From Amoebidium appalachense (Eukaryota > Protista > Ichthyosporea): a DNA stretch of 64,000 nt. Shown one piece after another: positions 17,351-59,689 of this stretch. The translations under genes were made by a program, and so were the position numbers. The DNA lies in the NCBI GenBank assembly GCA_963693365.1, contig CAVNZM010000001.1, forward strand, positions 7,456,907-7,520,906, in the 5' to 3' direction. The notes under the pieces are model-generated. The model did not search any database. It had not been told where the DNA came from and saw only the letters and a program-made list of their open reading frames with translations. Numbering within the stretch: the first letter of the stretch is position 1; each line of letters begins with the position of its first letter.

Positions 17351-18628
17351 GATTCGACATCGAGCTCATTCCCATTTAGATCAGCCCGGGACACAGTCTC
17401 AACTTCAGTTTTGATGATGTGAGCACAAATACCACAAGAGCTTATTTCAATAGTTGTAAGCGATCTTAATAATAAAATTTGTTTCTATTTACAAGAAATC
17501 AACCTGTCAGTTGGTGCTGTGACCGTGGTTTGGCCAGCATCACGATTCTCTCTATGATAATAGATTCTCTCTTTTTCACTGATTGGCTGGATCTCCAAGA
17601 GAATTTACTGCCCAATCAATTAAAACAAGGATCTAACCAATTGAAGACAAGCTGTCTGAACTTTCTACGTGGCTATCTCACGCTGCCACGAACAAGCTTG
17701 GAAAAAGGGATACGTTGCTTGTAGAGTTAGAATAGCTATCTCTACCGAGAGAATTTTGCTGGCGCTGACATGCGACAGCTGTGGGCCACACAGCCTGTCA
17801 CTTAGGTGTGCATATAGGCGAACGTATCGATCGCGATAAGCCTGGAGCTGGGGCACGTTCGGGCACGTGGGTCGTACACCGTGGCCCCGGGCCAGCATAT
17901 GCATGATCACGATGGCTTTGTATGTGGACACTTGCATGAGAGGTGCAAAGATAGCAGCAAGAGGTGACTTCTGTGAACTGTGTCTGAAAATATGACACCT
18001 GAAGTTATAAATAATGCAGCGCACGTGCACGTAGGTAGGCATGGCACATGTGTTATATATCTCGTTCAGGAACCGATACTAATGCGTTACAAACAATTAC
18101 AGTACAGATGCCCACGATCAGCTGCACGAAGGCGTAAGTCTTGTAGACGTTGCAGCGTTTGTGTCTTGACATTTAACAGAAGTGTCGGGCTTCCTGCCCA
18201 GACGGTCACCCGTGACATGAGAACATACTATTGAATCATGCCAGCGGTTTGCCGGTATTCTATTTCACTTCAACAATCCGATATGATTCGACGGTAGCCA
18301 AACAATCTTAGATCCGATTCAACTATTGGTGACTTCGGATAACGATATTTCCAATCAATTTGTCGTCAGGGAAAGGTGTCGGGAAAGCTACACGTCATGT
18401 GTTTACACACACGACTTTGTGCACACACGCCACCTCATACTGCCACACACACGCACATACACGCACACAAACGCACATAAATGCACAACCGCACACAAGC
18501 ACACAGACGCGCGCACCTGCGTGCACACACCATGGCACACGCACACGTCCGGGCATGTGTGCACACTGCCTTGATCAGCATTCACGCACACCCACAAGCT
18601 CAACGCATGTATGTACACGCACATCTAC

Positions 18629-18785
<157 letters not shown>

Positions 18786-19249
18786 CGCATGCACGCACGC
18801 AATGTCATACATAACATGTATATAACTTCCTTTTTCATTCTCCGTCCCTACCTCCCTCCCCTCCTCCCCCTTCTCTTTCCCTCCCTTTCTCTCCTGCCCT
18901 CCATCCGTCTGCGCCTCCCTCCCCCTCTCCCAATCCCCCACCCCGCCCACCCCCCCCTCTTTCCCTCCATCGAAAAATGCCTCCCTCCCCCCTCTCCCTC
19001 CCTCCCCCTCCCCCAACTCTCTCTCCCCGCCCCCCCTCCTTCTCCCCCCCCGCCCCCCCTCTATCTCTCTCTCTCTCTCTCTCTCCCCCCCCCCCCCCCC
19101 CCCCCCCCCCCTCTCTCCCTCCGCCCCCTCCCCCCTTCTTTCTTTCTCTCCCTTCCCCCCTTCTCTCCCTCGTTGTCTCTTTCTCTCTCTCTCCCCAACC
19201 TCTCTCCCTCTCTCTCTCTCTCGCTCTTTCTTTCTCTCCTTTCCTTTAG

Positions 19250-19294
<45 letters not shown>

Positions 19295-19316
19295 CACAAA
19301 CACACACACACACACA

Positions 19317-19349
<33 letters not shown>

Positions 19350-19479
19350 CCCCCCCCCCCCCTCTCTCTCTTTCTCTCTCTCTCTCTCGCTCTCGCTCTC
19401 TCTCTCTCTCTCTCTCCTCTGTTTCTCTGTCCGACAGTCACGGTGTGTCTGTTTCTTTCTGACACACAACTTGCAAATT

Positions 19480-19928
19480 CCGGTGACACAACACCGGCCC
19501 GGTACCCACATCGATGAATTTAAGTCACACATTCAATCCCCCAAACGCTTACTACTAGCATACCAACACCCCCACCGGTCTGGCCGCCCCCTAGAAGCCA
19601 TCACCCCAGACCACGTCAAGCAGCACCACCAATTTGTTATCATCCGGCCGCAAGACATGACGTCATGAACAGCACCGGCCCTCTGACGTCGACGGCGCGC
19701 CGCTTGGGCATCCCAGCCCAACGTTCAAGTGGGAGACCAATCCGAGTCACCGGCCACGGTTCGGGTCAGCGTCCTGGGCATGGGGTCTTCCCCTTTCAAG
19801 TCTTTATGTTTGTGTATGTGTCCCGGGTCGCTCCCGGCTGGTGTTGTTAAAGTGAGCTGTGCTCACTTCCCCACTAGCGTTGCTGCGGCTAGAACCGTGG
19901 GATAAGGCGTAACTAAAAATAGTGCCAG
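19480..19928 (+). other. Unique-sequence island ending in a compact structured motif; possible 3' end of a truncated non-LTR element
   Basis: Nested hairpins at 19823-19928 ending in gggataaggcgtaactaaaaata, reminiscent of L2-type 3' tails (ggataa..gcgt..ctaaa). No convincing ORF. Confidence 0.3.
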
Positions 19929-20158
19929 TTGGGGTCAATTAGAATCCTAACTTATGAGTGTGCTATACAGTACGATCTGTGTCTAGGCGGAAGACGGTAA
20001 GCTCCCCTGAGGCAGTGCCTCGCCGGGAGTGAAACGGGATAAAATAAAAATAAAAATAAGCATACCAACACCCACACCTGAAAGTTCATACACCCAGAGG
20101 CACCTGCACACGTATGCATACACGCCCACACGCGTACCGAAAATGAACACACACTGAG

Positions 20159-20341
<183 letters not shown>

Positions 20342-20579
20342 CACATGCACATCATATATATAGATGCGTACGTGCTTGTACCCACACATGTGGCACAAAG
20401 GATGTACACGTAGGGCTCCCTTTCCGTACATCGCGATCGTAGCATAGCTGCGTTTTTTTCTCTCGTCGGACTTCATATCCATGGGCTTCGCTAAATTAGG
20501 TAAGTCTTTTTGGAATCGAGTTCACGTTGTTTGGGGCGTTAGGTAGTGGTGGTGATGGTAATGGGTGTGTGTGTACCAC

Positions 20580-20667
<88 letters not shown>

Positions 20668-21054
20668 TGTTGTAGACATGGTTGTGTACATTCACGTGCA
20701 CACCGTGCTGTTCCCCCACAACCAGTCTACGTGCCTTTGTGTCTTCTCGCCATAGGCTGGAATAGAGCCTCGGAAGCAGCTACCAATCGGCTGCATCGCT
20801 TTTAGCTGTATTCCTTATTAGAGCAGTTGCTCTGCACCTTAAGTATGCAGTTAGGAGCGATGCAGAGAACGTGAACACTTTGCCAGCATGTATCTTAGGT
20901 GTACGGCACACACTGTGTGCCGTAGACACTTTATTGGGCTCTAGACATACACATGTAGCACTGTAGTATAACGTGAAGCTATATTATGATCACCTAGGAG
21001 AAGCTCATGTACTCATGTATATGTCATGTATTTTATTATAAGTAGGGCTACATG

Positions 21055-21130
21055 CCTATTGGCTGTCGCCTTACAAAAGTATGCGAGCAGTGCTCTCCGG
21101 ACCGCGGAAACCAAGGGACTATAAAAAGCT
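21055..21130 (+). promoter_or_regulatory. CCAAT plus TATA promoter-like pair with no assigned gene
   Basis: attggc at 21058 and tataaaa at 21120, with typical spacing. Confidence 0.35.
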
Positions 21131-21423
21131 GGTACATTCCAGACTTGGGTCACTTGGGCGGGGCTGTGTGTCCGAGTAAACGTTACACTAGTCGTGCGGT
21201 GTCAGACTAGCTGTAGCACCCGCTTTCTTGTCTCACTACTTACGTGCTTCTCCTAGCCTGCATATGTTAACTAGGGCTTAGTATTAGTGTATGCACACCC
21301 TGGTTTTCAGTGTGTGTGTGTGTGTGCGCGCGCGCCCGCACGTTCGTGGGTACGTGCACGCGTGTGTGTCTTGTGTGTGTGTGTGTGCCTGTTTGTTTGT
21401 GTGTGCCTGTGTGTGTGTGTGTC

Positions 21424-21505
<82 letters not shown>

Positions 21506-21882
21506 CGCGCGTGTTTGGGCCGGATGCCCGGGGCAGGGGGAGGGGGGAGAGGGGGGGGGGGGATAGAGAGAGAAGAGGGGCACAGGAATTGCACCAGGGG
21601 ATTCTGCACGGGAAGATTTCCTGTTGTAATCTTGATTTGTGCCAACAGATCTTTCACATTGTTTGTTTTCGTGCCAAATGCTTGAGTTACTATGCGTTAT
21701 GCAACAAATTTACATAACATCTGCTAATGTATTAAACTGTTTTTGTTGCTTTTATAGCACGTTTTGGTTTTTGGCAGCCAAAGAAAGTCGACTTGTTGTC
21801 ACCCTACGCTCCGGCCCCGTGTGTGTATGTGTGTGTGTTTTTGGGGGCGCGCAAGGAGGGGGGGGGGACGGGAGGAGGTGCA

Positions 21883-22004
<122 letters not shown>

Positions 22005-22256
22005 GGGGGGGGGACCGGGAAGGGGGGGGGGGGGGGGAGCATTTTGCTTTTGTTACACAGCTGGAGCAGTGGACTCAGCCTGGTGATGCCATTCGGCATG
22101 ACTCAAACCGGTACTTAAGCAAACATATATATGCGCAAGTCTTAACTGTTCAGAAGACGACTAGGCTATCCGAACGAAAATAAAGTGCCCTTTTTTTGAT
22201 AGAGTCTGGGACGACGGTCTAGTGCAAAAGCCTTCCGGAGCAGATATTTCCTGTAG

Positions 22257-22302
<46 letters not shown>

Positions 22303-22828
22303 TTTCCCGCCCCCTCCCCCCGAAAAAAACACCAAAAACAACAACAAAAACAACAACAAAAAAGACACCTGTTCATTCACACACAATAAATTCACGCCAT
22401 GCAAGTATATGCTTGATACGGTGCCTGAGCTTGCTTGCTTGTGCCTGCTGTGTGGTTGCAGAAGGCTGTATACGTGGATACTGGGGTACAGTGCCTGTGT
22501 GGCAAGTACCTCTCTTTACGTGTGTATGTAGGCAGCAATTCCGTGCAAGTGCTGATTCGAGTAACTCCCATGACTGTTGTAGCACAATACTACTGGGCCC
22601 CGCCCGGCTGTCCTAAAATCGTAAGGTAATTGATAGGCTGTAACATTAATGTAAAGATCATGGGGTGGGTGGCTGTCAAAAAAAAAAATCGAGTAGGCAG
22701 ATGGGTGGTGGTCATTGCGATGTTGGTGGATGAATTCGAATGCCGGATGGATGGGTGGGTTGGTGGGCGGTGAGAGGGGAGAGTGGGTCGGTGTAACAGG
22801 GGGGAGGGGGTTGGGGGTTGTAGGAAGA

Positions 22829-23206
22829 GGGCCCAACCACATCGGCTGAGTCAACTTGCTCCGAGCAGAATTATTCTGCAAAAGCTGTTCAGAAAAGTAA
22901 TGTTCTCTTAAACACAAAATTATTCTGCAAAAGCAGACTCAATCTGCTAAAAGCAAAATTATTCAGCAAAAGCAGAATCAATATTGGCTAAAAGCAGAAT
23001 TATTCCGCTAAAAGCAGAATTATTACGCTAAAAGCTGCAGAATTAATTTTGCTGTCGAAAGCAGCATTATTTCAAAAGCAGAATTATTCTGCTTTTTGCT
23101 GAGTAATTCTGCCAAAGCAGAATAATTCTGCTAAAAGCAGAGTGATTCTACTTTTGCAGAATAATTCTGCTTTTCGCAAGTTGACTCTGCCGATGTGGTT
23201 GGGCCC
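22829..23206. mobile_element. MITE/foldback element (378 bp), same family as 11083-12221
   Basis: gggcccaaccacatcggctgagtcaacttgc...gcagaattattctgcaaaag and cttttgcagaataattctgc...gcaagttgactctgccgatgtggttgggccc form an imperfect TIR of more than 50 bp. The interior consists of ~20-bp aaaagcagaattatt repeats that switch orientation near 23085. Confidence 0.85.
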
Positions 23207-24124
23207 TAAAGGAAGGGGCAGAGGGGAGAAGGGGAGGACGGGGAGGGGGGGGGGAGGGGGGGGGGGGGGGGGAAGAACAGAAGATGGGCCCGTGGCGGAA
23301 CAGTTTGGGACTTGGGGGTGTTTGGGGGAGGCAGCCACCATTGCCATTGAAATCAAAATATTCATGACTCTACGGCCACAGAGTGCTCTATCACACCCCG
23401 TACACAATACGTAGATGATTCTCCTGCTGCCCCTTTTCCAAACTGTGTGTAAATTTCTGTCCATTGCAAATCGACACGAAAACACGTACATAGTGGAACC
23501 CCAGACCCCCGTGACCACTAAATGCAGAATTCGAATGTCTTTAAATTCACTGCCAAAATATATAGTGCATGGTGTTTACGTTTCCTGTAAAACCAGCCCC
23601 CCCCCCCCCCCCTACCCCCCTTATCCCTCCTCCTCCCCCTCCCCTACCCCCCCCCCCCCCCCCCCCCCCACAACACGGACACACGCGCGCCCGCGCACAC
23701 ACACGCACACACAAACACACACTGTATGGCACACACATGTCCCCCCATGTGAGTATTCTAGCGGAAATCGCTGAATTTGAGGCCCTGGTGTGGAAAGCAA
23801 ATATTTTAGATATAGCACTATGGTCAGTTTCCTTTTTTCCCAACTGCGCACTTCGGGCACTGGTCATGTCCCATGGCGTGGTTACTGTGATCCCATGTGC
23901 ATGGAGCTCCCCATGGCGATTCCGGCTGGCTTGCCAAAGGCGCGAGGCAAAATTATCGAGTTGCAAACATGTAAACAAATAAATACTAAGTGCTAATAAA
24001 GAGGCGGATAGTATGCATGGGGTTCCCTCTCAACATTTCGTTGGGCTCAAAATGTGCAAGTGCACAGCCTGAAAATAGTTGCACCGGCGCCAGCACAACT
24101 GACAAAAATGCACTCTCTCTCCCT

Positions 24125-24402
<278 letters not shown>

Positions 24403-24424
24403 TGACTGGGTTTGGTGTGTACAC

Positions 24425-24460
<36 letters not shown>

Positions 24461-24906
24461 ATATGGGTGTGTGTACGTGTGTGTAAATAGGCCTGTGGGG
24501 GGGGAAGAGGGGGGGGGGGGGGGGGGGGGGGATTAAAATTAAGGGCTTCCACACACACACACACACTCAGGCAGACAGTCACACGCGCACGTCTCCTCTT
24601 TCAAGGGTATGTGTTTCTTTTGTTGACAACCAAAAAATTGAGCAAAGCACCTATACAAATGCAAAAAAATTGCATCTCGGGCAGCCCCCGATGAACGGAA
24701 CACTACATAATATTTCGGGGTTGCAATCCGAATGTGCGTACAATTTTACACATGTGCAGACTGTAATAGATAAATATTCTTGAACATCATGTCTGCCTCG
24801 GATAAATCTATGTGCGCATTACAGAGAAACTTTCATGATCACGATCGCGACGATTCGCAAGACCGGATTATTATTGGCCCGGATACAGGCCGGGGCCCGG
24901 TAACCT

Positions 24907-24939
<33 letters not shown>

Positions 24940-25161
24940 ACCACCACCACCACCACCACCACCACCAACCCCCCCCCCCCCCCCCCCCCCCCCACCACCA
25001 CCACCACTCACCCACCCACCCCCACCTCCAAACTACGGACACTCCCCACGGCTGCTACACGCCAACCTTTCGAGATTGCCTTTTCTTTCCGCTGCCTAAA
25101 GACTGGTAAAAAAGGACACCTCCCCATACCGTACTTGTACGTGTCGGCTCCGGCCCCCGCG

Positions 25162-25212
<51 letters not shown>

Positions 25213-25919
25213 CCCCCTTCACCGTTATCACCACCACCACCACCCACCCACCCACCCCTCACCCCACCTACCCACCAACCCACCCATTCAACCCCTCTCA
25301 TAATCACTGACTCGGGCTGCCCGCCGTCACCCGGCGCCGCACGTGCCCCGCGGCGCCGCCGCGGCGCCGATGAGTGCAACACGAATGAACCAATAGGCGG
25401 GCCAAGCTGCCCATTGGTCGGACGTCCACGGGTAGATCCACGCAGATTCTCGAGAATTTCTGGAATGATGCGGCCACCAAACAGACCACCAACAGGCTTT
25501 CAAAGTGGCAATGTAGACAAACACCAGTACAAGCTGGAATTATGCATGTTTCTAAGCTTCTTTTACAAGTTAACGACCCTATTCCCGCAAAAAAACAAAA
25601 CCTGACTGAAGCTCCGCTACTGGCCCTCCTTGATGGCCCCAGGTTGTAGATGGCATGGCATAATTTGATGCTCCACTGAGATTGGCCAGTTATGAATACA
25701 GTCAAAAGTATACGACATACTATTTCACGTGTAAATCAAATATAAAGCCCAAAAAAGATTATTGAAATAAAATATAGGACTGGATATAGATTGTCCTTGA
25801 TAGTAGCTTCGATTTGTGGGCTAAATGTTGAGCAACACAAATGTGACTGAAATTGGTTCATTTTGAAACGTCATCTGATTGAACAAAAGTCACGAGCTTA
25901 TGTTTCTTGAACCACCAGC

Positions 25920-25965
25920 GCTCAGCGATTGGCTACGACATTGTGCAACTCGAATATATATATGA
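25920..25965 (+). promoter_or_regulatory. CCAAT plus TATA-like element upstream of the amino-acid transporter
   Basis: gattggct at ~25927 and atatatatat at ~25954, about 280 bp before the ATG. Confidence 0.45.
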
Positions 25966-26236
25966 GCGCTGAGCAGCAAAGTCCCACATTCATTCGAATT
26001 CACCACATGTGGCTCAAATCGCCAGCGAACCATACCATATCATCGACAGAACATTGGCATAAAACTTAACATAAGAAACAAGTGTTGCCCTTTTGTTCCT
26101 TGTTCGGTTTTGTGTCGTAGTATCCTACTACATGTGACTACAAATCAACGAATTCGAATACGTATTAATATTCATTCAGAGACTTACTCAGAGACACCTA
26201 TCACAATAACAACAGTTGACAACATTTGTATTCAAA

Positions 26237-27718
26237 ATGCCCGTCGAAACAGAAGTCACTCTGAGCGTAGAGGAAAAATGGGGTCCCGAAAAAGCAATTG
26301 TTCAGCCAAACATCGGAAGCCCCGGTGAAACCTTTGGGGGGCCAAGCAAAACTGACAACAAGTGCGGCATTTCCATTTGCAGCGAAAACGTAATCGGAGA
26401 TCGTGCGGAGGCGGTGGGAAAGGTTGAGCGTGGTGGTGAATGCACCTGGGTTGGAGGGTGTATGAACCTTATAAAAACTATGATAGGTGCGGGTATACTA
26501 GCCTTGCCGTATGCAAACGCGCAGGTTGGGTGGGGAATGGGTTTGTTTTCCCTGTTCTACGGCGCGGTGACGACGTACATGGGGTTTGTTCTACTCACGC
26601 GCTGCGCTGATTGGATGGGAACTTCTCCTTCCTCTTATGGTAAACTATGTGCCATGGTATACCCAAAGGCGGCCTGGACTGTGGATCTGTGTGTTCTTCT
26701 ATCCTGCTTCGGCTCTGCTTTAAGTTACCTAATCATCATCGGTGACCTATTGCCAATTGTCGCGGTCAATTTCGGGGCGGAACCCGGGACGTTTCTCTCA
26801 CACCGCCTTTTCTGGATTTCGATCATGTTTGTGGCGTTTGACATTCCATTGACGTGCCTCAAAAACATCGACAAGTTGAGCTATACCTCGGGTGTTGCCT
26901 TTGCAAGCATCGTTTATGTTGTTGTTCTCGGCCTTCTTTTCCTCATCGCACCAGCGGGCGCCCCTGCTTTAGACCCATGCGCGGATGCTCTCTCGCTCGA
27001 TTCGTGCAAGGGGGAGGTGGTGGCGGTGGGCGATGGGGTTGGGTTTCTGCGTGCTTTCCCAACTTTCATATTTGCTTTCAACGCCCATTTCATTATATTT
27101 GCAATCTTTGACAGTTTGAAAAAGCCCACTGCAAGGAAGATGGAGGCTACGGTTGTTGTTCCCTCGACCATCCACACTACAATCCTCTACGGAAGCTTCG
27201 GTTTGTTCGGTTATTTCACATATGGTGCGGCAGTAAAATCGAATATCCTCGTTAACTTCCCGGGCACGACACCTGTGACAATTGCGCGGTTGCTAATGTC
27301 TTTTGTGGTTGCGGTGACGTACCCTCTCTACATGCACGCCGCCCGTGCAGCCCTGGTTAACCTCTTCAACACTGGGTTTAAGGCGACAAACCGCCCAAAT
27401 TTGGTTAACAACGCCCGCACGCAATTGGGCATCCACTGGGGTTCGACGGTAGCACTTCTCGGTCTTTCGTTCATGATTGCGGCATTTATGTCGAATTTGG
27501 GTATTGTTATTAACCTAGTAGGTACTGTGTGCGGTGTTCCCATTGGTTATATTCTTCCTGGTCTTTTCTACTGCAAGGCATTTGGAAGCATGCGGAAGAT
27601 GGCGGAACCAAACCACGTGGACACGACCGAGGATCGGATGCTGTGGTGGTCTGGTGTGTTTTTGGTCGTGTTTGGCGTTGTGTTTTTGCCTTTGGCGCTA
27701 GTTTTTATGTTTGTATAG
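26237..27718 (+). CDS. Amino acid transporter, AAAP/Aa_trans family (AVT5/6- or SLC38-like), uninterrupted CDS
   Basis: 493-codon ORF from aaaATG. Family motifs NLIKTMIGAGILALPYA, SYLIIIGDLL, FIFAFNAH, GYFTYG...SNILVNF and YILPGLFY; about 11 TM segments. Confidence 0.92.
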   Translation: MPVETEVTLSVEEKWGPEKAIVQPNIGSPGETFGGPSKTDNKCGISICSENVIGDRAEAVGKVERGGECTWVGGCMNLIKTMIGAGILALPYANAQVGWGMGLFSLFYGAVTTYMGFVLLTRCADWMGTSPSSYGKLCAMVYPKAAWTVDLCVLLSCFGSALSYLIIIGDLLPIVAVNFGAEPGTFLSHRLFWISIMFVAFDIPLTCLKNIDKLSYTSGVAFASIVYVVVLGLLFLIAPAGAPALDPCADALSLDSCKGEVVAVGDGVGFLRAFPTFIFAFNAHFIIFAIFDSLKKPTARKMEATVVVPSTIHTTILYGSFGLFGYFTYGAAVKSNILVNFPGTTPVTIARLLMSFVVAVTYPLYMHAARAALVNLFNTGFKATNRPNLVNNARTQLGIHWGSTVALLGLSFMIAAFMSNLGIVINLVGTVCGVPIGYILPGLFYCKAFGSMRKMAEPNHVDTTEDRMLWWSGVFLVVFGVVFLPLALVFMFV

Positions 27719-28284
27719 ACGAGCTCTACATATATAGAGTTGTTGCATTGGCAATTTGATAGAATCGCTATACGAGTCCTAATTTAGATACAAAAGCCCA
27801 GATCGAAAGCAGAACACATCGGCACGTGGCATAGAATTTCACACACTTCCTATTAATAATAACTAGGGATGTACAAACAACCAAATACACACATTAAATT
27901 GTATGTAACTTAGAACACACACACAGGTCCACGATAGTAGACATGTACATCTCTTTAGAAAGATAGCTGTAGAGATGCATGCGCACAGCTTGACAGAATT
28001 TCAGCCTGTCTGACTCAGTGAACTTTGGCAGGACTTTAGACCTATGAAGAACATATTACGAAAGAATGAATACCATATTCTAATGTGTGATATTATTCTG
28101 AATGATGTTCGATTGGCTTTGTGTTTTCAAATCATGCCAAATAAACTTTACTTCCTCACATACCCATTCGACAAACACTGTGGCCACACAAGCGCCAACA
28201 CACAAACATACAAAATGCATGCACAAGGGCACACATTTCTTTGATATCCACATACCCCCCCCCCCCCCCCCCCCCTTTCTCCCC

Positions 28285-28316
<32 letters not shown>

Positions 28317-28385
28317 GCGCATTCTCCCCCCACACACAGTGTACACATGCAGGTGCACATGCACACATACGCACACGCACATGCG

Positions 28386-28470
<85 letters not shown>

Positions 28471-28739
28471 ACCCCAAGCCACTAGAGAATAAGTTTGTGA
28501 GATTTTTTTTTTTGCAAAGGGTACCATCATCTGCATAGAACACAGCATTCATTAACGTACCTTCCATTCATTTTCTCGCATTACATCTACAAATACTGCC
28601 TGTACCAATCCATTATCGCATAACAGCAAAGATACCTTTGTGGCTCAGATAACCCATGATATTATTTCCACCAGAGCATAAAAAGTGGAATCATCACAGT
28701 AATTCATAATCAGACAACCCGATTTGATGTCAGATTCAG

Positions 28740-28780
<41 letters not shown>

Positions 28781-29264
28781 CCCCGTCCCTCCCCTCTCCC
28801 CACACTCTCGGAGAACAACACAGATGGAGAATAAAAAAAGAAGAAGACTATGAACAAAAAAAAAACCATGTTCTGTTAGCTTTGCCACATTACTCGTAGC
28901 CGGTTGTCTCTATTCGTTTATATAAAAATGTGCTCGGGTTGAGAGTCTATTACAGGAGCATAGGAGAAGGCATAGAGCACCGCGTATGCCGGTATCATCA
29001 TCTGTTAACACTAGATTCTAGCCACTCTCACAAGCGTCCTTTGTGCAACCTAATACGAATACTACTGGCAACTTGAAAAAGAAGGAACGCCAAAAAATGC
29101 TCAACCCATCCTACCATACATTCACACCAAGTCTTAGGAATTCACATACATTCGATCGGTTCGCACAATCGTGGATAACCAAGTGTCCCCCCCCCCCCCC
29201 CCAAAAAAAATAAAAAAAATAAAAAATAAAAAAAAATCACACGTTGTCGAGTTGTTTTCGAATT

Positions 29265-57799
<28,535 letters not shown>

Positions 57800-58124
57800 T
57801 TCGCCTTGTCTATGTTTCCCGGCTTCATACCTGCAATAGTCGTTCCTGAGTGTGCAACATCCGTGTAATCTTTGACAAGCATCTGGCTGAGCGCTGGTGA
57901 CTAGATAACAGCAAATTGTGGTTTGTGCGCTTGTGCAGGAAAAGTTCGTTGTACAAGCAGCTATAGCTTTTGGTCATATTTGGGTGATTTTCAGTCAATT
58001 TTAGCCGCGATAGACTGCAGGTTGAAGTCGCACGCATTTGGCCCATAACCCGTACACCCACTGCAATTCCTCTCTCGCTCACCTCTCTCTGGGATGCAAC
58101 TAGTGACTCTGCATGTAATACCCA

Positions 58125-58245
58125 CCCAGTTTCTTATTGGCGGTGGTGTGTTTGTGCCAAGGTAGGTGTGCGTGTTCGCGACTCTGTCCGCGTGTGAACT
58201 GTGTGCGTGTTGTGCTCGTTTTCATGCAGGTTCGCGCCAAGCAGC
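58125..58245 (-). promoter_or_regulatory. Candidate FANCA promoter elements (CCAAT and E2F-like site)
   Basis: attggcgg at ~58136 and ttcgcgccaa (TTGGCGCGAA on minus) at 58231-58240, upstream of the putative ATG at 57799. Confidence 0.35.
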
Positions 58246-59689
58246 AGGGCGTTGCAGACAGTCACAGGGATCGCAGCCTCACCTGAGGTGACGTGCAGTG
58301 CGCCCCTATTTTTCCAGCATGTTCGATGGCAGCACTCTTTACGCACCTTCTGTGTGCGATTGGTCTTACACACAATTGTTGGATCTTGCGACTGTTGCTT
58401 ACTGTGTTGTTGTCGGGTTGTTGAAAAGCGGAAAGCTGTGTGCCTTTGCACGGCGGAAAACTCTAACTAACAAAAAAGGATGGTCAATGTATTATAACTC
58501 CTGTGCCCGCTACGCCTGAGCTTGCACGCCTGGGAGCTATAAATGGGAGAAGGCCCTAGCTAGAGTCCAGCTATAGCAAGCTAGGTACCTAATAACTTTA
58601 AGCTTCAGACTTCCGGACTCACCTGCACTCGCGCGGCTGGCAAAACTTTGAGGTGCAAGCTGGTGCAAGCTGCCAGCTGCAGAGCGGAGGAAGGGTTTTG
58701 GCGGGCTGTGCACTGATTGGATAATATTGGCAAAACTAATGTATTTGCCAATCAAAAGCTTCCAATAGATCTGCTGTCACTTGCCAGCCTGGCCTGGGTG
58801 TCGGAGTCTCAGAGTGCTCTGAGCCTCGAGCTCCGGGCTGGGGGGCACCGTCACCGAACGGTGGCCGCAGTGGCGCAACGTTCCAGTCTGCCGCACTCTC
58901 TGCCGCACAGAGCCTCGCGAGGCGCTTCAGCTGAATCCCGCGGGACGCGGGAGTCGGCCCTCAGAGCTCGTACGCGTGGGTCGCAGCCTTCGCAGGGCGT
59001 GTCGTAGACTCCAGGAGTCTGGTCCTCCTCCCTCCCCACCCCCTGCCTCCCCTTCTTCCCCTCACTTCCCCTCCCTCCCCCCCTCCCTGATCCCCTCCCC
59101 TCTCCCAAACTTTCAGTCACTCGGGGACGCACTCAGCTATTAGCGCCGCAGTCGCACGCGGGTCCTGTTCACCGGGCATGGCTCAACCCTGAAAAACAAA
59201 CGTGCGCACCGGCACATACAAGTTTGATTATGGAAAAGGTTGTGGAAGAGAGGTCACCCGGTAAAGATGTGTGTGTTCTGTGTGCGTCTGTGTAGTAATA
59301 CTCCTGAGGCATTATCGCAAACGCAGGCATGCCACATGTACACATAGTGTCTACCTGACCCAAGCTTGGTTACGTGATCGCCTTATATGGCCTTTGGCCT
59401 GCGCAAACAATTGCAAGTGCATATGTTGCATGTGGGCGTGTATATATACATATACACGTGGGTGTCTGCATGGTGGTGTCTAATATTGCTTTTATGTGTA
59501 TGTTCTCGGAGTCTTGTGCTTGCTCATGGCTATGCGTTTTCTTCTTGAAGTGTTCCTCCAGAGGCTCCCAAGGCCAGGTGGAATATCAACGTACCTCGAA
59601 GGTGGCAAAAAAAACGCAATCGCGCAGCGCAACCCGCTGATGTTGGTAATGCAACATTCGATGAAACGCTTCTGTCCGGTTTTGTACAT

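Noticed and set aside
22860-23175. Palindromic repeat array as a CRISPR or iteron array
   Set aside because: The repeats are degenerate, lack unique spacers, and are bounded by TIRs shared with a second copy, which fits a transposon better.
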